From Marispirochaeta sp. (GTDB lineage: Bacteria; Spirochaetota; Spirochaetia; JC444; Marispirochaetaceae): DNA of 64,000 nucleotides. Position numbers and translations under genes: made by a program. The stretch lies in NCBI GenBank assembly GCA_963676835.2, contig CAXXFF010000002.1:1568001-1632000 (forward strand). Reading direction: 5' to 3'. Positions 49,128 through 59,252 of this stretch are shown piece by piece (position 1 is the stretch's first letter; the number at the start of each line of letters is the position of its first letter). The notes under the pieces are model-generated. The model saw nothing but the letters and a program-made list of their open reading frames with translations, had not been told where the DNA came from and made no database searches.

Positions 49128-49266
49128 ATTTTCTTCTCCCATCCAGACTTTCACTGTCGGTTCCGGAATCTCACCGGATCCCCCTGAATCACCGTCAACG
49201 ACAGATGAGCCAGGATTGCGGACTATAACCGCCGGTCGGGACAAATGTCCCTCCCTCGAAGAAAAT
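49128..49266 (-). ncRNA. FMN riboswitch (RFN element), variant
   Basis: P1 AUUUUCUUC/GAAGAAAAU; CCCGACCGGCGGUUAUAGUCCGC; GAUCCGGUGAGAUUCCGGAACCGACAGUGAAAGUCUGGAUGGGAGAAG. Upstream promoter TTGACA-17-TACATT (49312-49284). Confidence 0.9.
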
Positions 49267-49448
49267 TTTTCTATTACGGCTTGAATGTAATGCTTTCAGC
49301 ATGCAGTGTCAATGAAGAAGCCGTTGCGGGAAGGGCCTTCTCTTGACCCCCATTCATCACACATGGTAGTTTCTGAGTATAATTTCTTTAACGAACTCCT
49401 AACCTAGCGACACCCGAAAAGGGGCGCACGAGATGATGGGGACCACCT

Positions 49449-50723
49449 TTGAGCATATCTAAACCCGGAACTTTGGGGATAATTGCCTGCCCTGGCGGGG
49501 CCAGTTTTTCCGACGATGTAATACCGCACCTGCGGTCGATCTATGCGCGGAAGTATGAACGAATGGCGAGCCGTCTTGCCAAGCGCTATTCAATTTCAAA
49601 AGAAAAGGCCATAGAGCGGATCAACTATGTACAGGATCTGCATACCCCGCCGCAGAATCATGGTTTTCTTGGCGGGAGCTATCGTCCCCCTTCATTCAAG
49701 ATCCCGACCCGTTTTACCCAGTTTGCAAACGGGGAGTTCAAGGCGGAAATTCTTGCCTCGGTGCGCGGCATGGATCTTTATATTATTCAGGATGTTGAAA
49801 ACCGGCACCCGGTAAACCTGAATGGTGAAGAGCTGGTGCTCTCGGTTAATGATCACATTTTTCTGCTTTTTGTAACCATAGATGCAGCCCTTCTGGCGGG
49901 GGCCCGGAGTGTTACTCTGGTGTTGCCGGTGTATCCCTATTCCCGCCAGCATAAACAGAAAGGCCGTGAGAGCCTTACGGCAGCCTGGTTCGGCCGGGTC
50001 TGTGAGTATATGGGAGTTAACCGGATTATTACTCTGGACCTCCACTCCCGGGAAATCCAGAGTGCCTTTCATCATACGGCTGTGGAAAATCTTCATGGGT
50101 CCTACCAGATCCTGCGAACCCTCTCCCGGCTGGTTGATCTGATAAACGACGACCTTGTGGTTGTTTCTCCCGATACTGGCGCGGTGGACAGGAATAAATT
50201 CTATGCCGTAAGTCTCCATAAACCTCTGGCCCTGCTCTACAAGGAGCGGGATTATTCCAAGGTGAGCCAGGCCGGGGACAGTAATATTGTAAATATCAAC
50301 CTTCTCGGTGATGTAGAAGGAAAGTCAGTCTTTATGGCGGATGACATGCTTGGTACCGGCGGAACGCTGATCAAGGCAATGTCCCACCTTAAAGAGCTTG
50401 GCGCGGAGAAGATTATCTGTGCCATCAGTCTGCCCCTTTTTACCGGCGACGCAATCAAGCATTTTGACGAAGCCTACGAGAAGGGGCTTTTTTATCGCAT
50501 TATTGGAACAAACGCGGTCTATCACAGCGAAGAGCTGCTCTCCCGGGAGTGGTATGTCAGCGCCAATATTGCCAACCTCTTCTCCCGTATCATCTCCCGG
50601 CTGCACCACGGCCGCTCTCTCAGCCCCCTTCTGGATAACCGGCGCATTATACAGCGGCTCATGTCTCAGGTGGCGGCGGAGTCCAACGGAGGAGAACTCC
50701 CCTTCGGACATGGTGAGGACTGA
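49449..50723 (+). CDS. prs: Ribose-phosphate pyrophosphokinase (long spirochaete-type)
   Basis: FANGE, YPYSRQ, LDLHS, VVSPDTG, DDMLGTGGT. Confidence 0.92.
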   Translation: MSISKPGTLGIIACPGGASFSDDVIPHLRSIYARKYERMASRLAKRYSISKEKAIERINYVQDLHTPPQNHGFLGGSYRPPSFKIPTRFTQFANGEFKAEILASVRGMDLYIIQDVENRHPVNLNGEELVLSVNDHIFLLFVTIDAALLAGARSVTLVLPVYPYSRQHKQKGRESLTAAWFGRVCEYMGVNRIITLDLHSREIQSAFHHTAVENLHGSYQILRTLSRLVDLINDDLVVVSPDTGAVDRNKFYAVSLHKPLALLYKERDYSKVSQAGDSNIVNINLLGDVEGKSVFMADDMLGTGGTLIKAMSHLKELGAEKIICAISLPLFTGDAIKHFDEAYEKGLFYRIIGTNAVYHSEELLSREWYVSANIANLFSRIISRLHHGRSLSPLLDNRRIIQRLMSQVAAESNGGELPFGHGED

Positions 50724-50729
50724 TCTCTC

Positions 50730-52124
50730 ATGAAAGCCCGCGGCGTACATCTCGTCGCAGATATCGGCACCAGTTCACTTAAAACTGCGCTGCTGACAGG
50801 GGATGCTCAGGTTATCTCGGAAGCTAAGATTCCTCTTCTTACTTTGCCCGGCGCAGATCTTGCCGCCTGGGATCCCTTCCTGTGGGACAGGGCCTTTGCT
50901 GAAGCCTGCAGGCAGCTTAAGCCGGATGCGGCACTGGAATCGGTCACCATCAGCGGTCACGGCCCCACCATGGTCCCCCTGAATAAAAACGGTACTCCAG
51001 TCTCCGAGGCTCTTCTCTGGCTGAACCGCAGGATGCCGAAGGAGATGCCGTCCGAATCGGTATCATATTTTCTTCCCCTGGCAGGGTATCTGCGGGAGGC
51101 TATGCCCGATGCCTTCGATAAAACCGCATTTTTCTGTACCTGTCCCGGATATCTCAGTTTCCGGCTTACCGGAGTGCCCGCGGCGGTCTCTCCCCAGCCC
51201 GATTTTACCCCTTTTCTCTGGACCCGGGAGCAGCTCTCTGTCTGGGGCTTTTCTTCTTCCATGTTTCCCGAGCCCTTTTTAACGGGAACCCGAATCGGTT
51301 TCATTCACCGGGCTGCGTCGGAGCAGTTCGGACTGCCCGAGGGGTTACCCGTGTATGCCGGAGGACCGGACTATACAATGGCGCTCATCGGGTCCGGAGT
51401 AGTTCGTCCGGGTATGACCTGTGACCGGGCTGGAACCTCTGAGGGAATCAACTATTGTGCTTCGGCTGCACCCGAATCGGACTGCCTTCGTGTTCTGCCC
51501 CATGCTGTTTCCGGTATCTATACAGTGGCGGGGATTCTTGCTTCCACCGGCAGGGTTTTCGAGTGGTTCCGGGGGATTACCAATCAATCCAGCCGGGAGT
51601 ACGGACGGATGCTGCAGGAGATTCGTGAGCTTGATCCTTCCACACCGGCCCCGAGGTTTTTTCCTTCCCGCCATCGCGGTCCTGTATGGGATTTCAATAA
51701 CGGTATTTTTGCCGGACTGCATCCGGAACATACCCATATCGAAATGGGGAAAGCTGTGGTAGAGGCTATTGCATTCGGCATTCGTGATGTCCTGGATACT
51801 CTTGACGAAGCAGGCTTTCGGGTGACCGCCATCCGGGGCACCGGAGGGCAGTACCGTAATCACGACTGGAACCGCATGAAAGCGGATATTCTGGGGGTGC
51901 CTCTGGATATCCCCGCGATAATAGATGGCGAGCTTATGGGAAACCTCTGTGCCGCCCTTACCGGGGCCGGTCAATACGGCAGCTTTGTAGAGGCTGCTGA
52001 TCAGCTTGTTGTTATCCGGGAACATGTAGAGCCGGATTTGAGTAAAAAAGTGATTTATGACGAACTCTTTGCCGCCTATAAAAGCGAGTGCCTGCTGTTT
52101 ACTGCTCCCGGAACAGGCCCATAA
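50730..52124 (+). CDS. FGGY-family carbohydrate kinase (xylulokinase-like)
   Basis: DIGTSSLK, SGHGP, GGPD, AGTSE, TGG. Confidence 0.85.
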   Translation: MKARGVHLVADIGTSSLKTALLTGDAQVISEAKIPLLTLPGADLAAWDPFLWDRAFAEACRQLKPDAALESVTISGHGPTMVPLNKNGTPVSEALLWLNRRMPKEMPSESVSYFLPLAGYLREAMPDAFDKTAFFCTCPGYLSFRLTGVPAAVSPQPDFTPFLWTREQLSVWGFSSSMFPEPFLTGTRIGFIHRAASEQFGLPEGLPVYAGGPDYTMALIGSGVVRPGMTCDRAGTSEGINYCASAAPESDCLRVLPHAVSGIYTVAGILASTGRVFEWFRGITNQSSREYGRMLQEIRELDPSTPAPRFFPSRHRGPVWDFNNGIFAGLHPEHTHIEMGKAVVEAIAFGIRDVLDTLDEAGFRVTAIRGTGGQYRNHDWNRMKADILGVPLDIPAIIDGELMGNLCAALTGAGQYGSFVEAADQLVVIREHVEPDLSKKVIYDELFAAYKSECLLFTAPGTGP

Positions 52125-52809
52125 TTGCCCTGTTTGCCTTGAGCCAGGCTTCTGCTGTGCGGTAATCCGGAAAACAGCGTTCAACAAGGTTCCAGTAGTC
52201 CCGGGAATGGTTCATATGCCGCTGATGGCAGAGTTCGTGGACTATCAGGTAATCCTGAACTCCCGGCGGTGTCATGATAATACGCCAGTTGATGGAAATG
52301 TTGCCCCTGCCGGAACTGCTGCCCCAGCGGGTGCGCTGGTTGCGGAAAAAGAGCCTGTCAAAAGGGATTTTCAGCTTGCGGGAGATTCTCCGTGCCCGGG
52401 GTTCCAGTTCCTCTTTTGCCAGTTTTTTCAGAAAGCTTTCGATAACCGGCAGGGCCGATTCCGGATCACCGCTGAGGGTGTCTACGATCAGCAGGCCTCC
52501 CTGTATGGCTGTGCCGCCTCTCTTTCTCTTTCCCGTGACAACCGTTACCTCCAGGGGCACTCCCTGGATAAGCAGCCTGTTTAAAGGGTTGTGCCGTTCT
52601 CTGCTGGCTTTGAGGGTATCAAGATGTTTCAGTACCCAGCTGCGTTTTGCCGCCACGGTGCTTGCAATCTGGGATTTGGGTATATAGCTGGGAGCCGAAA
52701 CCATCACTCTGCCGGTCTGGGTTATGCGGATGTTGATCCGTTTCTGTCCGGTTCTGCGGGTCAGTTCATATACAAAGCCCGGTCCCCGCTGTTCCGCCTT
52801 TTCTGCCAT
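52099..52809 (-). CDS. YgjP-like M48/SprT zinc metalloprotein
   Basis: QRTRWGS, INWR, YLIVHELCH..HMNHS. Confidence 0.88.
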   Translation of the reverse strand: MAEKAEQRGPGFVYELTRRTGQKRINIRITQTGRVMVSAPSYIPKSQIASTVAAKRSWVLKHLDTLKASRERHNPLNRLLIQGVPLEVTVVTGKRKRGGTAIQGGLLIVDTLSGDPESALPVIESFLKKLAKEELEPRARRISRKLKIPFDRLFFRNQRTRWGSSSGRGNISINWRIIMTPPGVQDYLIVHELCHQRHMNHSRDYWNLVERCFPDYRTAEAWLKANRAIMGLFREQ

Positions 52810-52841
52810 ATATGCTTAATATCACGGGAACAGATCCCTGT

Positions 52842-54212
52842 CTATCTGGCTGCAAGGCTTCTGTTCCACGCTTTTGCCGTCTCTTTTATGTTTCTTAAGT
52901 TTTCATGACTGAATCCGGACCATTCCATTGCAAAAAAGGTGTTGTTCTGAAGGAGCGGTTCTTCATCAAGGGGGAGTCTGCTCTGTTGTATGCACCGGCC
53001 CCAGAGGGGAGACCCGGGAACAGGAGAGAACTCCGCTATGTAGATCTTGACTCCTGCTTTCCGGCACTCTTCTATGGAATCCAGTACTTCCCGATAATCC
53101 TGTTCCGGAAGCCCTGCCAGGATGTAGACGGCGGTTTCATTTCTCCGAAAGCCTGCCTCCTTCAGTATTCCCACGGATTCCCTGAAGCATCTGGTTTCGT
53201 ATTTTCTGCCGTGGGAATCATGAAACATGTCGGAAGAACTTTCGTAGCCAAGGCGAATCTCCCTGAAGCCTGCTTTTTTCATGAGCATGGCGCCCGGCAG
53301 ATCGATCTGATTAAGATGAACCGCATTGGGAGTATAAAAAGAGGCTGTAAGGCCGGATTCAATGACTTCTGAAAGAAAGGGCTCCAGTACTTCAGTCTTA
53401 TGCATCAGCAGGGCATCGTCGTAAAAGGCGAAGTGTCTGACCCCTCTGCGGTGGAGTGCCGCGAAAGAGCGGAAGGCCTCCTGGTATGAACCGGGGATAA
53501 ATCCGGGGGCGGGGGAGAGGCGTGATGAGGCACAATAGTCGCAACTGCAGGGGCAGCCTTCATTGAGCCGCAGTACTCCGGCTTTGTCCGTTGTCAGAGG
53601 GTGTTCCGACCCGGAGGGAAGAGATCCTGATCCGGGGACTCCGGGAAGATGATGTGCTGAAAGGAGCCTGTTCAGTCCTTCCGTGGAAAGCGGTCCCCCG
53701 CAGACCTCCGCTCCGGTGTTTCTGCTGCAGTGTTCCGGCAGCAGGCTGGCATAGATGCCGCCGCATATCATGGGAATCCCGGGGTGGAGTCTGGCTGCGG
53801 TTTCCGCTGCCTCAATTACGCCGGGGTACCAGTAGGTCATTCCGGAAGAGATAAAGATTATATCGGGCCTGCTTCTGCCTATTTGATGTTCGAAGGTTTC
53901 CGGCAGCACTCCGTACCTGGCAAAGCGCCGGCTCTGAGGGGTTTGTATATGCTCTTTCAGTGCCGGAGGTGTTGTCAGGGGAGTGCGGAAGATTTTTCCT
54001 GTACCGTTGCTGTTTCTTTTTGGTGCTTTCAGGGCATGTATCGAGGCCGGGTCGCTATAGTCCAGTGCATTTACAAAATCTATATAATAGCCGCCTTTAT
54101 AAAGTGCGGCGGCTATTCGCTCCAGTGCGAAGGGCTTTGAAAAGAGATCAAAAAAGGCGAAATCATAAACCGGGGGCTGGATAAGCAGTGCCCGGGGCTG
54201 AGTACCCTGCAC
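52842..54212 (-). CDS. B12-binding-domain radical SAM protein
   Basis: LLIQPPVYDF, TYWYPG, GGIYAS, GCPCSCDYC, FYDD. Confidence 0.85.
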   Translation of the reverse strand: MQGTQPRALLIQPPVYDFAFFDLFSKPFALERIAAALYKGGYYIDFVNALDYSDPASIHALKAPKRNSNGTGKIFRTPLTTPPALKEHIQTPQSRRFARYGVLPETFEHQIGRSRPDIIFISSGMTYWYPGVIEAAETAARLHPGIPMICGGIYASLLPEHCSRNTGAEVCGGPLSTEGLNRLLSAHHLPGVPGSGSLPSGSEHPLTTDKAGVLRLNEGCPCSCDYCASSRLSPAPGFIPGSYQEAFRSFAALHRRGVRHFAFYDDALLMHKTEVLEPFLSEVIESGLTASFYTPNAVHLNQIDLPGAMLMKKAGFREIRLGYESSSDMFHDSHGRKYETRCFRESVGILKEAGFRRNETAVYILAGLPEQDYREVLDSIEECRKAGVKIYIAEFSPVPGSPLWGRCIQQSRLPLDEEPLLQNNTFFAMEWSGFSHENLRNIKETAKAWNRSLAAR

Positions 54213-54231
54213 GGGATGGAGCCCCGGGGGC

Positions 54232-55785
54232 TCAGCCCCGTTTAAAGTGCCGGGAATCGATACCGTGTTTCTTTATTCTCAGCCCCATAATCCGCTCGGA
54301 AATCCCCAGGTGGCGGGCGGCTTTAGCCATGTTGCCCCTGGTTGATTTAAGCGAATCCAGCAGAAGCTCCCTTTCCAGGTTGTCCAGGGCTTCCGGAAGG
54401 GTTGAATGCAGATTTGTATTGGTTGATTCCGCCGACTGAAGGCTCGGGGGCAGGTGGTGGCCATGGATAACATCGTCGGTGGCCAGAAGGACCGCTCGTT
54501 CCACGCAGTTCTCCAGTTCCCGCACATTACCGGGCCAGTGGTAGCTCATAAGAAGCTCGATGGCGCTGGTGGAGATCCGTTTTATCAGCTTATGGTTTTT
54601 GTCGGCGTATTTCTCTATAAAGAAGTCCGCCAGCAGGGTTATATCGCTGTGCCGGTCTCTCAATGGGGGTATGTGAATGGGAAAAACATTCAGTCTGTAG
54701 TAGAGGTCTTCCCGGAAACCGCCGTCTCCCATGGACTCTTCAAGGTTCCGGTTGGTAGCTGCTATAATGCGTACGTTGCAGCGGATGGTTTCATTACCGC
54801 CGACCCGTTCGAATTCCTTTTCCTGCAGTACCCTCAGGAGTTTGACCTGGGTGGTGGGGGAAAGATCGCCTATTTCATCAAGAAAGATCGTCCCTCCGTC
54901 GGCCTGCTCAAATCGTCCCTTTCTGGTTTGAATGGCGCCGGTGAAGGCTCCTTTCTCGTGGCCGAAAAGTTCGCTTTCTATTACTGTTTCCGGCAGGGCC
55001 GCACAGTTAACCTTTATAAAAGGCTTTTCCGTCCGCAGGCTGTTATAGTGAATAGCGTGGGCAACGAGCTCCTTTCCTGTTCCGCTTTCTCCTCTGATAA
55101 GTACGGTTGCTTCGCTCTTTGAAACCTGGGCAATAAGGTCGAAAACCTCCTGCATGGCCCGGGAGTTTCCAATGATATTGGAAGGACGGAACCGTTCTTC
55201 CAGTTCATGCTGCAGACGGGAATTCTCTTCAAGCAGGCGCTGTCGCTCTTCCTGGATGGATCGGCGGAGTTTTACCGCCTGGGCTATCATGGAGGAAATA
55301 ATAGACAGCAGGCGCAGATCCTCTTCGAGGCTGATGTTTTCTGCAAACAGCCGGTCTACGCTGAGGGTTCCTATGGTTTCGTTGCCGATTTTAATGGGCA
55401 CAATAATAAAGGAGACATCTTTCTTTTTAAGATCGCTGCGGGCACCGGTTTTGTTGAGAAACTGGGGGCTGTCTTTGATGTTGGGAATAATCATAGGTTC
55501 CCCCATTTCAACAACCTTACCGGTAATTCCTTCTCCGACTTTATACTTTCCCTTCTCCTGCTGGCGCACGGAAAGGCCGTAAGCAGCCTCAATACCGATT
55601 TCCCGGGTTTGACGGTTTAAGAGAGTTATGGTACCTCTGACCATTCCCATGTTTTCCGCCATGGCCCGAAGAACAGGGTTGATTATATCCTTCAGGTCTA
55701 TACTGCCGTCGAGGATACGGCTGATATCAAAAAGAAGCTGCAGTTCTTTTATCTTTCGTCTATAATGCTGGCGGTCTTCATCCAT
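54232..55785 (-). CDS. Sigma-54-dependent activator, GAF-AAA+-HTH (NifA-like)
   Basis: [11 protein letters not shown] domain, [31 protein letters not shown], Fis-type HTH. Confidence 0.92.
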   Translation of the reverse strand: MDEDRQHYRRKIKELQLLFDISRILDGSIDLKDIINPVLRAMAENMGMVRGTITLLNRQTREIGIEAAYGLSVRQQEKGKYKVGEGITGKVVEMGEPMIIPNIKDSPQFLNKTGARSDLKKKDVSFIIVPIKIGNETIGTLSVDRLFAENISLEEDLRLLSIISSMIAQAVKLRRSIQEERQRLLEENSRLQHELEERFRPSNIIGNSRAMQEVFDLIAQVSKSEATVLIRGESGTGKELVAHAIHYNSLRTEKPFIKVNCAALPETVIESELFGHEKGAFTGAIQTRKGRFEQADGGTIFLDEIGDLSPTTQVKLLRVLQEKEFERVGGNETIRCNVRIIAATNRNLEESMGDGGFREDLYYRLNVFPIHIPPLRDRHSDITLLADFFIEKYADKNHKLIKRISTSAIELLMSYHWPGNVRELENCVERAVLLATDDVIHGHHLPPSLQSAESTNTNLHSTLPEALDNLERELLLDSLKSTRGNMAKAARHLGISERIMGLRIKKHGIDSRHFKRG

Positions 55786-55907
55786 TATGGAGCAACTCCT
55801 GCTGATCGGATTAGTGTGTACCGAAATGTAAGTAATCTAAATAAAGAAATTACCATTTCGTAGGATTTTTCGCAAGGAAGTTTCGCCATAATTTACAACT
55901 ATCTCTA

Positions 55908-55936
55908 TTGACAAAAAAAACCGCTTTTGTTAGGTT
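55908..55936 (+). promoter_or_regulatory. Sigma-70 promoter of the tRNA/r-protein cluster
   Basis: TTGACA-17 bp-TAGGTT just upstream of tRNA-Thr. Confidence 0.7.
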
Positions 55937-55953
55937 GTTTCAACCTGTCAAAT

Positions 55954-56026
55954 GCCCTTGTAGCTCAGTCGGTAGAGCACATCCATGGTAAGGATGGGGT
56001 CATCGGTTCAAGTCCGATCGAGGGCT
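55954..56026 (+). tRNA. tRNA-Thr(GGT)
   Basis: GCCCTTG/CGAGGGC acceptor stem, CATCC-ATGGTAA-GGATG anticodon arm, GGTTCAAGTCC; CCA not encoded. Confidence 0.96.
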
Positions 56027-56093
56027 GTATTTCTTGACTAAGTCGCGCATTCGGGCGTACTTTTTCCAATGCAAGGCGAGGAGATCGTAGATA

Positions 56094-56270
56094 ATGGCAA
56101 AAGCGAAGAAAGGCGCCGTCGAGCTGGTTGCGCTTAAGTGCAGTGAATGCAATCGCAGAAACTACACAACCAGCAAAAACAGGCGTAACATTCAGGGTAA
56201 GCTTGAGTTTAACAAGTATTGTCCCTTTGATAGAAAGCACACTTTGCACGTCGAAACCAAGGTAAAGTAA
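56094..56270 (+). CDS. rpmG: 50S ribosomal protein L33
   Basis: 58 aa, below the ORF-track cut-off: LKCSECNRRNYTTSKNRRN..KLEFNKYCPFDRKHTLHVE. Confidence 0.96.
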   Translation: MAKAKKGAVELVALKCSECNRRNYTTSKNRRNIQGKLEFNKYCPFDRKHTLHVETKVK

Positions 56271-56292
56271 GTTACCATTTCTTTTGGAAACT

Positions 56293-56324
56293 GCGAACGG
56301 CTTTTCATGGGCCGTTCGTTTTTT
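56293..56324 (+). terminator. Terminator-like hairpin after rpmG
   Basis: GCGAACGGC/GCCGTTCGT stem followed by a T-run. Confidence 0.65.
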
Positions 56325-56335
56325 AATTGCAACAC

Positions 56336-56409
56336 AGGCCAGTAGCTCCAATGGCTAGAGCGCCGGTCTCCAAAACCGGATGTTGTAGGTTCGAGTCCTA
56401 CCTGGCCTG
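56336..56409 (+). tRNA. tRNA-Trp(CCA)
   Basis: AGGCCAG/CTGGCCT acceptor stem, CCGGT-CTCCAAA-ACCGG anticodon arm, GGTTCGAGTCC. Confidence 0.96.
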
Positions 56410-56475
56410 CTTCTTTTTATATAGGGGCACATCTTTGAATTGATTTTTGTTGATGTGACCATAGAGGAGTAGGGG

Positions 56476-56655
56476 ATGAAGAAGTTTCTTCAGTTCTTTC
56501 GCGATAGTTACGCTGAACTCAAAAAGGTTGTCTGGCCCAGCAGGGAAGAGGTTGGGGCTTCAACCAAAGTCGTGATAATATCTACTGTGATATTTGCAGT
56601 GGTTCTGGGTTTGGTGGATTTTCTCCTTACCGTCGGTCGCGATCTGATTTTCTAG
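56476..56655 (+). CDS. secE: Preprotein translocase subunit SecE
   Basis: 59 aa; ELKKVVWPSREEV followed by one TM; between tRNA-Trp and nusG. Confidence 0.95.
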   Translation: MKKFLQFFRDSYAELKKVVWPSREEVGASTKVVIISTVIFAVVLGLVDFLLTVGRDLIF

Positions 56656-56723
56656 GAGAAATAGTTCCCCTCCCGCACTGCCTGCGGGATTTCGTTTTTT
56701 ACAGTAAGGGACGGTGAGTAGTA

Positions 56724-57278
56724 ATGGCAAAAGGTTGGTACGTTCTTCATACGTATTCTGGTTACGAAAATAAGGTCGAGCGCTATATCCGAAAACTCAT
56801 GGAGACTCCTGAGGTTGGTGATCATGTGTTCGATATCAAGGTCCCTTCTGAAGAGGTTGTTGAGGTTAAGGACGGTAAGAAAAAGACCGTTAACCGTAAG
56901 TTTCTTCCAGGTTATATCCTGCTTGAGATGGATTTGCCCGACCGCGGCTGGAAGGCTGTTTGTTCGCATATCCGCCGGATTCAGGGTGTGACCGGATTCC
57001 TTGGTTCCATGAGCGGCCTCAAGCCTCAGCCTATCAGTCCGGAAGAAGCCCGGGCAATTCTGCAGAAGACCGGTGAGATCCGGTCCGAAAAGGTTGTTCG
57101 CAACAGGCAGAGTTTTACCATCGGCGAATCTGTCCGTATCACCGACGGGCCCTTCGATACCTTTACCGGTACCATCGAAGAGGTTAATATGGAGAAAGCC
57201 CGTCTCAAGGTTACGGTTGGTATTTTCGGCCGATCTACCCCGGTGGAAGTTTCTTTTACGCAGGTAGAAAAGGTTTAG
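56724..57278 (+). CDS. nusG: Transcription factor NusG
   Basis: [22 protein letters not shown] domain, IFGRSTPVE. Confidence 0.97.
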   Translation: MAKGWYVLHTYSGYENKVERYIRKLMETPEVGDHVFDIKVPSEEVVEVKDGKKKTVNRKFLPGYILLEMDLPDRGWKAVCSHIRRIQGVTGFLGSMSGLKPQPISPEEARAILQKTGEIRSEKVVRNRQSFTIGESVRITDGPFDTFTGTIEEVNMEKARLKVTVGIFGRSTPVEVSFTQVEKV

Positions 57279-57394
57279 TTTTTTAGTGTAAAACATTAAG
57301 AGGAGCGCATTTTGCCCTAATCGGGGCGGGTGCCTCCTTTTGCCGTATCTGACAGTTTTTGCGGAAACGGCTTTTTCTCCGCGTTGCGGAGATG

Positions 57395-57451
57395 ATGGGA
57401 CCCTGCACCAACTTTTTAATAGTAAAAAGTTGGTGCAGGGGTTTGTACCAC
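57395..57451 (+). promoter_or_regulatory. rplK leader hairpin, candidate L1 autoregulatory site
   Basis: Perfect 18-bp stem (57401-57418/57423-57440) flanked by TGGGA...ACCAC, immediately before the rplK RBS. Confidence 0.55.
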
Positions 57452-57467
57452 ATTTCAGGAGTTATTT

Positions 57468-57899
57468 ATGGCAAAGAAAAAGGTTACCGGGCTTATTAAG
57501 CTCCAGGTTCCTGCCGGAAAGGCGACTCCGGCACCTCCCGTAGGTCCTGCTCTTGGACCTCATGGTGTCAGCGCGCCTCAGTTTGTGCAGCAGTTTAACG
57601 ACCGCACAAAGAATTTTGAGCCAGGGCTGACTATCCCGGTTGTAATAACCGTGTATGCAGACCGCTCATTTTCATTTATCACCAAAACCCCTCCGGCTGC
57701 AGTTCTTATTAAAAAGGCCTGCGGACTTCAGAGTGGTTCTGCTGAACCTCACAAGGTAAAGGTTGCGACGATCACCAAGGCAAAGCTCAAAGAGATTGCC
57801 GAGATGAAGATGCCCGACCTGAATGCCAACGACGTCGATGCGGCAATGAAGATTATTGCCGGTACTGCACGCAGTATGGGCGTCGAGGTAGAGAAGTAG
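57468..57899 (+). CDS. rplK: 50S ribosomal protein L11
   Basis: [22 protein letters not shown]. Confidence 0.98.
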   Translation: MAKKKVTGLIKLQVPAGKATPAPPVGPALGPHGVSAPQFVQQFNDRTKNFEPGLTIPVVITVYADRSFSFITKTPPAAVLIKKACGLQSGSAEPHKVKVATITKAKLKEIAEMKMPDLNANDVDAAMKIIAGTARSMGVEVEK

Positions 57900-57909
57900 G
57901 AGGGCCGGT

Positions 57910-58581
57910 ATGAAGAGAGGAAAGAAATATCAGGACGCTGTCAAGAAGTACGACAAGCAGAAGCAGTATCCTGTAGTTGAGGCTGTAGGCCTTGTTAAAG
58001 AGCTTGCATTTGCCAAGTTTGACGAAACTGTTGAAGTTTCAATGCGGCTCAACCTTAAAAAGAGCCAGACTGTGCGGGACACCATGGTGCTACCCTTTCA
58101 GTTTACTGAAGAGAAGAAGGTTCTGGTTTTTGCCAAAGGCGAAAAGGCTGAAGAGGCAAAAGAGGCTGGAGCTACCTTTGTTGGTGATGACGACCTGATT
58201 GAAAAGATCAAGGGCGGCTGGCTCGATTTTGATGTAGCGGTAGCTACTCCGGATATGATGAAGGATGTTGGACGTCTTGGTCCCATTCTTGGTCGTCGCG
58301 GACTTATGCCCAACCCCAAGACTCAGACTGTTACCTTTGATGTGAAAGCAGCTCTTGTAGAACTGAAAAAAGGTCGTGTTGAGTTCCGTTCCGACAAAAC
58401 CGGTGTTGTACATCTGTCTGTCGGTAAGGTTTCCATGGATGCAGAAAAGATTGCTGATAACGTGAAAGCCTTTATGGATGAGGTTGGTAAGCGCAAGCCT
58501 ACTGACATTAAAGGCGATTTTGTAAAATCCGTAGCTGTGGCTTCCACTATGGGTCCCGGCGTTCGTGTGGATTTTAAGTAG
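57910..58581 (+). CDS. rplA: 50S ribosomal protein L1
   Basis: [25 protein letters not shown]. Confidence 0.98.
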   Translation: MKRGKKYQDAVKKYDKQKQYPVVEAVGLVKELAFAKFDETVEVSMRLNLKKSQTVRDTMVLPFQFTEEKKVLVFAKGEKAEEAKEAGATFVGDDDLIEKIKGGWLDFDVAVATPDMMKDVGRLGPILGRRGLMPNPKTQTVTFDVKAALVELKKGRVEFRSDKTGVVHLSVGKVSMDAEKIADNVKAFMDEVGKRKPTDIKGDFVKSVAVASTMGPGVRVDFK

Positions 58582-58595
58582 GCTGGAGGGAAAAG

Positions 58596-59135
58596 ATGAG
58601 TGAATATACTGTAAAGATCCAGCAGCACAAAACAGATGCTATTGAGTCTCTTAAGGATCAGTTTAAGGATATCTCAACTTTTATCTTTACTGATTACCGT
58701 GGACTTACTGTGGAGCAGATTACCGAGCTTCGCGGAAAACTTCGGGAGCAGCAGGCGCAGCTTAAGGTTGTAAAAAACCGTTTTGCCAAGATTGCTCTTG
58801 AGCAGCTTGAGCGGCCCGATGCCGGTGAGATTCTTACTGGACCTACTGCTGTAGCACTTCCTGAAGGCGAGGCTGGTCCTGTTGCGAAAACTCTGCTTGA
58901 GTTTGCCAAAGATACTCCCCTTGAGGTTAAGGGTGGAATTGTTGAGGGTATGATCTATGATTTTGCCCAGATTGAGGCGTTTTCCAAGCTGCCCACCAAG
59001 CTGGAGCTTATTTCCATGCTTATGAGCACAATGAAGGCTCCTGTGCAGAATCTTGCACTGGTTCTCAACGCTGTGCCTTCAAAACTGGTACGAACTCTTC
59101 AGGCTGTTGCCGACAAGAAGAGTGCGGAAGGTTAA
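58596..59135 (+). CDS. rplJ: 50S ribosomal protein L10
   Basis: DYRGLTV, KVVKN, LTGPTA, KLPT. Confidence 0.97.
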   Translation: MSEYTVKIQQHKTDAIESLKDQFKDISTFIFTDYRGLTVEQITELRGKLREQQAQLKVVKNRFAKIALEQLERPDAGEILTGPTAVALPEGEAGPVAKTLLEFAKDTPLEVKGGIVEGMIYDFAQIEAFSKLPTKLELISMLMSTMKAPVQNLALVLNAVPSKLVRTLQAVADKKSAEG

Positions 59136-59252
59136 TTTTCTTTGATCTGACCCGGCCGGCTGTATGCCGGCTGTTGGATAAAATCGTGGTTTTAGTCTTC
59201 TATGATAGTCTGCTATAACCGCGCCAAAATACATTTTTAAGGAGAAGGTAAT

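Noticed and set aside
54232..55785. Calling the activator nifA and inferring nitrogen fixation
   Set aside because: No nif genes or clear -24/-12 promoter were seen in the window, and GAF-type activators have many roles
55954..56270. No tuf between tRNA-Thr and rpmG; tRNAs lack encoded CCA
   Set aside because: Both are ordinary for this lineage
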